Shown one piece after another: positions 56,999 through 64,000 of a DNA stretch of 64,000 nt. A program made the position numbers and the translations under genes. Position 1 is the first letter of the stretch; every line of letters begins with the position of its first letter. The notes beneath the pieces were generated by a model. That model was not told where the DNA came from. It did not search any database and saw only the letters and a list, made by a program, of their open reading frames with translations. The DNA comes from Thermoplasmatota archaeon (lineage in GTDB: Archaea > Thermoplasmatota > Thermoplasmata > Halarchaeoplasmatales > Halarchaeoplasmataceae), in NCBI GenBank assembly GCA_051745305.1, contig JBNJDY010000002.1:2822-66821 (forward strand), written 5' to 3'.

Positions 56999-58248
56999 AA
57001 GACAAAACTAAAATATACCCTATTCTAAAGTTTCATTTAATGAAGTATTATCTAGAAGCCTATGGCTGCACCATGAATCAAGGGGAGACCCAAATGTTAG
57101 CAGAGAATTTGAACAGTCAAGGCCATGTACAGGTAAACAGTCCGAGAGATGCTGATTTGGCGGTTATTGGAACTTGTGTCGTAATCTCAAAAACTGAGGA
57201 AAGGATGAAAAGAAGGATTAAAGAGTTAAGTGAAAAATGTTCTAAAGTTATGGTAACTGGCTGTTTAACCTCGATAAATAATGGTGAGCTTGATTTAATA
57301 TCTGATAATATTGAGAAAGTAGTTCCTAAAGATATCGCCCTCTCAGTCAGTCCTAAACCGGGTTTAGTGGGAGTTATACCTATAGCGACCGGTTGTTTAG
57401 GTGAATGCTCATATTGTATCACAAAAATTGCAAGAGGTCCTCTAAACAGTCGGGAGCCGGATGATATAAAATGTAGGTTTGAACAATTAGTAAAATCATC
57501 CGCATGGGAGATTCAAATCACTTGTCAAGATACGGCTTCATATGGTAAAGATATCAACAGTTCCCTACCTGAATTGATCTACAAACTTCTAGAAATAGAA
57601 AAAGAGTCTAGGATAAGGATAGGGATGATGAACCCTGACACAGCTATACCCATCAAAGAAGAGATCAAGAATATATTGAACCATGAAAGGATTTACAAAT
57701 TTCTTCACATTCCTCTACAGTCTGGTTCAGAACAAGTTCTTAAAGATATGAATAGACGGTATACACCTGAGGATTGGATAAAATTAGTAAAGGAAATCAG
57801 GAAAAAGTTCCCTGATTTGACCCTCTCAACAGATATAATAACTGGTTTTCCAGGAGAAGAAGAAGATGATTTTAATAAAACCCTAGAAATATTAAAGGAT
57901 ACAGAGCCTGATATTATCAATGTGACTCGTTTTAGTCCTAGGCCTGGTACAGAAGCCATTAACAAAAGCAACAAAGTCCATTCTAGAATAAAGAAAAAAC
58001 GTTCAAAAGAACTTACTGAACTGAGATTTAAAATCAGTCGTGACAGGAATGAGAGATATAAGGGTAGACGTATGCTAGTAACTATTTTAGAAGAAGGAAA
58101 GGGAGATTCTTTAAAGGGGAGAACAGATAATTATAAAGTAGTGGTTTTAAACAAAAATGATAGTTCTCTTATCGGAAAAAGGGTTGTAGTCGATATCGTG
58201 GATGCTAAAGAAGTCTATTTGGAAGCTGAATTAATCAAAATTATCTAG
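56995..58248 (+). CDS. Radical-SAM methylthiotransferase, MtaB/CDKAL1-like (MTTase domain, radical SAM, TRAM). The likely start is at MKYYLEAYGC (57040).
   Basis: N-terminal MTTase Cys (AYGCTMNQ), radical-SAM CLGECSYC, C-terminal TRAM domain. Confidence 0.8.
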   Translation: MKDKTKIYPILKFHLMKYYLEAYGCTMNQGETQMLAENLNSQGHVQVNSPRDADLAVIGTCVVISKTEERMKRRIKELSEKCSKVMVTGCLTSINNGELDLISDNIEKVVPKDIALSVSPKPGLVGVIPIATGCLGECSYCITKIARGPLNSREPDDIKCRFEQLVKSSAWEIQITCQDTASYGKDINSSLPELIYKLLEIEKESRIRIGMMNPDTAIPIKEEIKNILNHERIYKFLHIPLQSGSEQVLKDMNRRYTPEDWIKLVKEIRKKFPDLTLSTDIITGFPGEEEDDFNKTLEILKDTEPDIINVTRFSPRPGTEAINKSNKVHSRIKKKRSKELTELRFKISRDRNERYKGRRMLVTILEEGKGDSLKGRTDNYKVVVLNKNDSSLIGKRVVVDIVDAKEVYLEAELIKII

Positions 58249-59136
58249 GTAAGAATTTTCTAAACATTTTATTAGGTTCACCATGGTTCTATTGTAAGGA
58301 GTATCTACTCCATGTTTGCTCCCAACACTTACAATCGCTCCGTTAATACAATCAATTTCGGTCTTTCTTTTATTTTCAACATCCTGAAGCATACTAGATT
58401 TGTTCTCACTAGTATTCTTTGCTACCTTTACAGCTTCTTTGAACGGATCTTTTCCAGGCAAAACAACTTCAGTTTCTGCCACTTTTACGGATTCTTCACA
58501 TATGTATTCCATCAATGAAAAGAGGTTTTTGTCATCAATAATCGCACCGTTTTTCAAGCCACTTAAAGCTGTGATGGGGTTTATACCGGCATTGATGATG
58601 ACCTTTTTCCAAATGTGCCCATATATGTTATCTGATATTTTGTTTTCAATACCCGCATCATTCAAAATTTGAGAGAATTTCTTAACACCTATTATAAAAT
58701 TATCTCCAAATAGCCCTATTATCGTTTCTCCTTTACCGGCATAGATCACTTCCCCATACTTTTTAAAGGTAATTCCATTTTCTGTAATCCCTCCGATCAC
58801 TCGATCCTCACCTACAAATTTTGAAATTATTTTTTCATTCTTTAAGCCATTTTGGAGGGAGACAACCATTGTTTTTTCACTCAAATATTTGTGTATATCT
58901 TTCATCACCTGTTCAGTTTGGAAAGATTTAGTACAGATTATAACATACTCCAAGTCGGAAAGTGCATTTGGGTCAGTTGTATACTTGATATCTGTTTTGA
59001 GTTGAGTTTTACCAGAAATATCTACTTCCTTCAGAGACAAGTCTTTTCGACCATATAATACAACTTGATTCATTTTTCCTATCATCCCTGCAAGGAATGT
59101 GCCTAAGGCTCCCGGTCCAACAATACCTACCTTCAT
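58231..59136 (-). CDS. panE: 2-dehydropantoate 2-reductase (ketopantoate reductase). Start taken at MKVGIVGPGALG.
   Basis: N-terminal Rossmann motif GIVGPGALG and the ApbA/PanE fold. Confidence 0.75.
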   Translation of the reverse strand: MKVGIVGPGALGTFLAGMIGKMNQVVLYGRKDLSLKEVDISGKTQLKTDIKYTTDPNALSDLEYVIICTKSFQTEQVMKDIHKYLSEKTMVVSLQNGLKNEKIISKFVGEDRVIGGITENGITFKKYGEVIYAGKGETIIGLFGDNFIIGVKKFSQILNDAGIENKISDNIYGHIWKKVIINAGINPITALSGLKNGAIIDDKNLFSLMEYICEESVKVAETEVVLPGKDPFKEAVKVAKNTSENKSSMLQDVENKRKTEIDCINGAIVSVGSKHGVDTPYNRTMVNLIKCLENSYLDNFD

Positions 59137-59183
59137 TGTTTGTAGAAAAATCTCTTTAATAATAAATATTTTGAGTAAAGATA

Positions 59184-62100
59184 TCAAGTAAGGATATCAT
59201 CCATTTCGCTTTTCATAAGATCTAATTGATAATCATCGAGTTCTTGAGAATCTATTTGCACCAATAGTATAGATTCTGACATTACAGATTGGTCTTTTAA
59301 AGATAGTAAAAGATGGAGTACCTTTCTGAAATCGTTATTTATTATAAGATATTCGATGCCGCTTAAGAGAATTACACTATTTCCAGATTTAAGGAATTTT
59401 TCTAATTCCAACTTTAATTTTTTAAGATTTTTGGGTCTTATAACCTCCTCCTTATCCACGTTTGAAAGCCATATTATAGAACTCTTCTCAAGATCGTATT
59501 TGTTTCGAATCTTTTTCGGGTATTCCCTAGTGATGCATATACCATCCATACCAGTACTCATTATTTTTTTAAATAGTTCAAAACTATTATCGAGGTTCTC
59601 ATCGATCATCATATATGTAGAACTTTTATTGATTCCCTCGGGTAATTCTTCTGCCAATTCTTTTTCTTCCTTCTCAGACTTTTTTCTACCGGACCCTTTT
59701 TCTTTCTTTTCCAAACTTTCTTTCGGTTCTTTTGTTTTAAGATCATCTTTTTTTATTTCAGGGGCATGTTTTTTCTTCGAGTAATCTATCAATCTCTCCG
59801 CTGTGTCTTCTTTCATGTATCTGATTTCCATCAATTTTTCAACTGATGTTTCAGCTATATCTTCAAAAGAATAGTAACCCTTTTTTGTGATACTTTCAGC
59901 GATTGATTTACCGATACCTGAAATCTTTTGTAACTCTCCGATGAATCTTTTCATTTCCTTGTTTAAACCTGATTTCAATTGCTCTTTTTTTATTTCGCCC
60001 TTTTTGAGTTTGTCACCTTTTTCTTTCATGGTCTGTACTATTCTTCTAGCTAAACTTCTTTTGAAACCTCTTATATCTGAAATATCTTCGGCAGTCGCTT
60101 TTTTAAGTTTATCCAAAGATGTGTATCCGTTGTAATATAAACGCTCAGAGAGTTCTTTGCTCATACCTGGGATTGATTGATAAATATGTAGCATATTTGT
60201 TTTATATAATGGATTTATTCCAATATCTACTGTTTCTCCATTTATGTCCCACTCTACTACATACTCAACTTCATCCATATCGTCATCTGATATGGTTAAA
60301 TCTTTACCACCAACATAGTTTAATATATCCGTTTTATGTGAATTTATAGATTCAAAAAATTCATCTGGTGGGTAGATGAATATCTCAACTTCATCCTCTT
60401 CTAAAAGGTCAAAATCTTCCCGCATACTCTTGATTCTTAACTTGATCTCATTTGCGATTTGCTCATTCCATATATCCTCCGACATCTCATAATTGGCATA
60501 TACATTGAAATCATCGTATTCTACTTCTACATATCCTTCTGGTAGCTCATTTTTAAAGGTCAACATCTCAGGTTGAATCTCAGTTTGATGCCCTTCAATA
60601 CCAATGATGTATTCACCTTCTTCAATTTTTTCTTTAATCTCTTCAGCATCCCTATTTTCTAGCAAAAGGGCAATCCTACTAGCCCATTGACGATATGTTT
60701 TTCCGATAGCATCCATGTTCGCTTCTACTGTCAATTCTAGTTCTTTCCATTCCTCATCAGGTCTTAAAATTTCAATTTCTTTGATTTTAGCTTTATTTTT
60801 TATTATATGTTTGAACTTTTCAAAATTGTCATATGTTTCAAAAGTAGACGTATCGATAACAATTTTCTGGAAGGGCCATTTAAGGGGTAATTCCATTTCC
60901 TTTTTTAAGTTATATACATCATTGGTCACTTCATCTGCTACATTTTTCCAAAAATCAAATCTAGAGTTTTTAAATTTATTGATTGTGATATCTTCATCGG
61001 AAGTAAAAACAGAATCGTTTTTTGGATGCATATCAGTGTAAATTTTTTCTGTTATACATGGAGCTAAAGGACACAAAATTCTTGTAACGGAATTTAATAA
61101 ATATTCAAGTGTCAATATTACGGATATTCTATCAATTTCATCTCCTTCTTGGACCCTATACCGTACTATGCCAACATACCATTGAGCTATATCTTTTAAC
61201 ACAAAATCATTCATGAGTGAAATCAGTTCGTCGAATCTAAGATCATCCAAGTGCTCTTCTGAATATTTAATTATGTCCTGTGATCTTGATAATATCCATT
61301 TATCTTCTATTCTAGTATTTTCGTAAAAAGATTCGATAGATTCATCTTCTAGTTCTTTTATATCACTTAAACCGTCTTTTAATTGGTTATAGAAATTGTA
61401 GATATTCCATAGGACTTTGATAATTTTGTTAGGTCTAGATAGATTTTCATCTTTGAGTTCTTTGTCCTCCCAAATAGGAGAATTTTCAAGAAAAGCGAGT
61501 CTAAGTGAGTCAGATCCAACAGTTTTTAAATATTTTGGTATGTTTATTTCGCCTTCTATTTTCCCTCGTGTAGCTATTTTTTTAATTGATATGTCGTTAA
61601 ACAAAATGCTAGATAATACAAGATTGCCAAAGATTACCCCATCTTCATCCATAAATTTACCGAAAGTTAGATCACCAGACCACCAATCTTTGAAATTTTT
61701 TTCATTATCAGGATAACCTAATTGAGCCCAGGGGGATATAGATTTGATAAAGTTGTGATGAATACTCTTACCTTCCCATTTCATTTTTTCTCCACAATCG
61801 TCACACTCAATATCCAAGTTGTCAATAAAATGGGGGAAGATTATATGTTTCATGTTTGCTCCAGTTAAGTCTTTTAATTGATCAGTTGACGATATTATTT
61901 TTTCCTCCCCACAGCCACATCCCCATATAGGAAGTTGGATTCCTATCTGTTTATCACTGGAAATTCTCCAATTATCAATATCTTCCAAAGAATCGTAGTC
62001 TTCTAAAGGGGACCCCCATTCAGGTAACCATTCTATATCATCTGAGTGCTCATGTACTTTGTTTTCCATTTCCTCTGTGATCAAAATCCATTCCTTAATA

Positions 62101-63341
62101 GTTACATTATTTACTTCAGATGAGCAATTCGGACATGAGATTATTTTCTTTTCCTCTGAATATTTATCTAATAAATATTTTAAATCTTTAAGATATTCTT
62201 CTAACATTTCATCTAGATCTTTTATCAGATTGTTTTTAGCTCCTTTATACTTGATATTTTTTCCAACTACTTCTTCTTTGTTGACTCTATACTCTATATC
62301 GATACCCACATCATCCGAGAATTTAACACTGTCTTCTGTTATACCCGGTGTAACTAGTTTAATTTCATCTTCTTGATTTAATATATCTGAAGCTAGTATC
62401 TTATTGGTTATTTGTTTCTTGATTCGCTTTCTGTGTTTAATCAGTTTCTCGATAGGATTGATGAATTCCATACCATGTATTTTATTACCTGAAATATAAT
62501 TTATCTCTTTGAAATCTGTTATGCCTGCTTCAGCCATTATAGAATTCAACTTTGATTTCGGAACTATACCTCTTTCCTCAACACCATCTAATTCGTAAGA
62601 TACTACACTGTATTTTCCTTTTGGAGAGACAAATATACCTAGAGGTGCAAGAAGAGAGAGAAGTTTTGGAATCTTCAAAAATAAAAATCTGTCTTTCCCT
62701 CTTTTAACCGGAACTTTCAGTAAATATTCCGCTTCAGTATAAGTCTCTTCAACGATATTCTCTTTTGAATTATATTCATTACAATTTTTGCACTGCCAAA
62801 CATCTCTTTCCACCTTTTTAAATAATCCTTCATTGTATAATTCACTCAATGACCACCAAACTGAGTTTATAAATTTTTTATTTGAAGTATGATATTCACT
62901 ACTATCCCAAATTTTTGCCCCGTTTAAAGATTTTTTAAAATTTGATTTAAATCTTCCTGAACTTTTTTTCCATATTTTCAAAAGTTTTTCGTTATCTTTT
63001 TTCTTAATCTCATCTATGTTTTCAACATCTAATTCTTGTAAAAAAGTCTTTTGTGAATCTTTGGTAAAAGTGTTAAGACAATATTTCATGTTTATATTTT
63101 GTTTATTTAAACATTGATATTTGTACCAAACATCATATAATAGATGTTTGTACCATATTGATGGTTTAAGTTCGGATTCTATATTATCGGGAGTTTGAAC
63201 TAAATAATACTTATCTTTATTTTTACTTGTTTCTTTGATTTTGTCAATAATATTTTCTTTTTCCCAGTACATTTTTATTTTTGTTTCCAAGTTCAATGGA
63301 TCATATTCTTTCAAGATTTTTTTCTCCATTATATCTAACAC
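59184..63341 (-). CDS. Giant (1385 aa) protein: a degenerate class-Ia aminoacyl-tRNA-synthetase-like scaffold (IleRS/ValRS/LeuRS-like; HIGH and KMSKS are not recognisable), followed by HhH repeats, a K/E-rich linker and a C-terminal domain of unknown function
   Basis: aaRS landmarks are present: VERDVWQCKNCNEYNS...YTEAEYLLKV (CP1 entry), DNWRISSDKQIGIQLPIW (the WCISRQRxWG-like motif), GSDSLRLAFLENSP (GADALRLYL-like) and an anticodon-binding-helix-like WILSRSQDI...DIAQWYVGIVRYRV. The HIGH position reads PDNIESELKPS and the KMSKS position reads GEINIPK. C-terminal HhH motifs IRGFKRSLARRI and ISGIGKSIAESI. Confidence 0.8.
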   Translation of the reverse strand: MLDIMEKKILKEYDPLNLETKIKMYWEKENIIDKIKETSKNKDKYYLVQTPDNIESELKPSIWYKHLLYDVWYKYQCLNKQNINMKYCLNTFTKDSQKTFLQELDVENIDEIKKKDNEKLLKIWKKSSGRFKSNFKKSLNGAKIWDSSEYHTSNKKFINSVWWSLSELYNEGLFKKVERDVWQCKNCNEYNSKENIVEETYTEAEYLLKVPVKRGKDRFLFLKIPKLLSLLAPLGIFVSPKGKYSVVSYELDGVEERGIVPKSKLNSIMAEAGITDFKEINYISGNKIHGMEFINPIEKLIKHRKRIKKQITNKILASDILNQEDEIKLVTPGITEDSVKFSDDVGIDIEYRVNKEEVVGKNIKYKGAKNNLIKDLDEMLEEYLKDLKYLLDKYSEEKKIISCPNCSSEVNNVTIKEWILITEEMENKVHEHSDDIEWLPEWGSPLEDYDSLEDIDNWRISSDKQIGIQLPIWGCGCGEEKIISSTDQLKDLTGANMKHIIFPHFIDNLDIECDDCGEKMKWEGKSIHHNFIKSISPWAQLGYPDNEKNFKDWWSGDLTFGKFMDEDGVIFGNLVLSSILFNDISIKKIATRGKIEGEINIPKYLKTVGSDSLRLAFLENSPIWEDKELKDENLSRPNKIIKVLWNIYNFYNQLKDGLSDIKELEDESIESFYENTRIEDKWILSRSQDIIKYSEEHLDDLRFDELISLMNDFVLKDIAQWYVGIVRYRVQEGDEIDRISVILTLEYLLNSVTRILCPLAPCITEKIYTDMHPKNDSVFTSDEDITINKFKNSRFDFWKNVADEVTNDVYNLKKEMELPLKWPFQKIVIDTSTFETYDNFEKFKHIIKNKAKIKEIEILRPDEEWKELELTVEANMDAIGKTYRQWASRIALLLENRDAEEIKEKIEEGEYIIGIEGHQTEIQPEMLTFKNELPEGYVEVEYDDFNVYANYEMSEDIWNEQIANEIKLRIKSMREDFDLLEEDEVEIFIYPPDEFFESINSHKTDILNYVGGKDLTISDDDMDEVEYVVEWDINGETVDIGINPLYKTNMLHIYQSIPGMSKELSERLYYNGYTSLDKLKKATAEDISDIRGFKRSLARRIVQTMKEKGDKLKKGEIKKEQLKSGLNKEMKRFIGELQKISGIGKSIAESITKKGYYSFEDIAETSVEKLMEIRYMKEDTAERLIDYSKKKHAPEIKKDDLKTKEPKESLEKKEKGSGRKKSEKEEKELAEELPEGINKSSTYMMIDENLDNSFELFKKIMSTGMDGICITREYPKKIRNKYDLEKSSIIWLSNVDKEEVIRPKNLKKLKLELEKFLKSGNSVILLSGIEYLIINNDFRKVLHLLLSLKDQSVMSESILLVQIDSQELDDYQLDLMKSEMDDILT

Positions 63342-63518
63342 TCACATAATCTGCTATCTTAAATTAGTTTCCATAATTTTTGAATTTATCGAATGAAGTA
63401 CTTGAACCATCCTATATCAATTTAAACACCCGAAATTATATATATAATAGTACTTCTCAATACATAAACCTTTATTTAGAAGGTTTAAGGCTCTTAAAGT
63501 TTAAGAGGAGGAAATAAC

Positions 63519-64000
63519 ATTAGCCTTGAATTCCAAAGGAAAGCCTATGTCTTAGGGAAAGAACACTCAATATCTATTCTCAAGTATCTTTATGCAGTGG
63601 GATGGATAAAAGCAAGTGATGTTGCTAATTCATTAGATCTCCATATAGCTACCTGTACTAAATATTTAGACGAATTACATGAGATAGATTTACTCGAAAT
63701 GAGGGAAGGAAAAGGTAAAACCGGAAAAATAAAAGAGTATAGATTAAAAGACCCTAGAATAGAACTCCATTTCGAGATTGAAAACACTGATCTTAATGAT
63801 GAAGATATTGAATTCTATAAAAAATTATATGAATCGTTAACAAAAAGAACGGAAGGAGTTTATGGTTCTATCTCGGTTGATATTCTTGATTTAGACGAAA
63901 TTGAAAACATAAGTAGCATAAAAGTTTTGATAGACTCGATCAGAAAGTTGCTTGAATTCAATGAAAAAACTATAGGTCTTAATCCCACTAGAAAATTAGT
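63519..64000 (+). CDS. Partial (3'-truncated by the window) winged-HTH transcriptional regulator (ArsR/MarR-like); start codon uncertain
   Basis: The open frame runs from 63498 to the window end and encodes ...SISILKYLYAVGWIKASDVANSLDLHIATCTKYLDELHEIDLLEM... (wHTH). A strong SD GAGGAGG at 63505-63511 is followed 7 nt later by ATT. There is no nearby in-frame ATG. Confidence 0.4.
   Translation, partial: MSLEFQRKAYVLGKEHSISILKYLYAVGWIKASDVANSLDLHIATCTKYLDELHEIDLLEMREGKGKTGKIKEYRLKDPRIELHFEIENTDLNDEDIEFYKKLYESLTKRTEGVYGSISVDILDLDEIENISSIKVLIDSIRKLLEFNEKTIGLNPTRKL

Noticed and set aside
63590-63787. 65-aa minus-strand ORF near the window end
   Set aside because: It lies antisense within the wHTH regulator reading frame, which has clear helix-turn-helix character.

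Overview
The window is AT-rich (roughly one-third GC) and almost entirely coding. It reads as a core chromosomal segment of an archaeon with a euryarchaeal-type gene set: PAN, aCPSF1, Trm1, Elp3, PdaD, TFB, archaetidylserine lipid genes and ribosomal proteins L31e, L39e and S19e.

Genes recognised include:
- proteasome beta and aCPSF1/FttA; uS2 and RpoK; PAN; FtsZ; deoxyhypusine synthase; PyrB/PyrI
- a UbiA-type prenyltransferase with archaetidylserine synthase and decarboxylase
- the L39e, L31e, aIF6, PDCD5-like, S19e block; GluRS
- a Feo iron-uptake operon with two DtxR-type regulators
- MutS and MutL; TFB; Elp3; pyruvoyl arginine decarboxylase; CobA
- an Mrp-like antiporter module with no MrpA
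- a TusA, DsrE, IscS, IscU sulfur-relay cluster
- a MATE exporter, an MtaB-like methylthiotransferase and PanE

Two GC-rich tRNA genes lie on the minus strand: tRNA-Val(GAC), and an initiator-type tRNA-Met(CAU) carrying a 25-nt intron. A roughly 215-nt GC-rich island at about 11.1 kb is very likely a structured ncRNA; SRP RNA or RNase P RNA are candidates, but neither could be assigned by eye. No CRISPR array, IS element or integrase was seen.

The most unusual feature is a 1385-aa ORF whose N-terminal 1000 residues are a class Ia aminoacyl-tRNA synthetase (IleRS/ValRS/LeuRS-like) scaffold with both catalytic motifs degenerate. It is fused to helix-hairpin-helix repeats and a C-terminal domain of unknown function.

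Other oddities:
- an IscS-like desulfurase whose PLP-lysine codon reads Thr
- a THUMP-less mini-ThiI convergent with an E1-like enzyme
- a 614-aa PUA, PP-loop, ferredoxin fusion
- a PPAT with an extra C-terminal domain
- several real small genes (L39e, a Feo-linked Cys-rich peptide) that the 60-aa or longer ORF track misses
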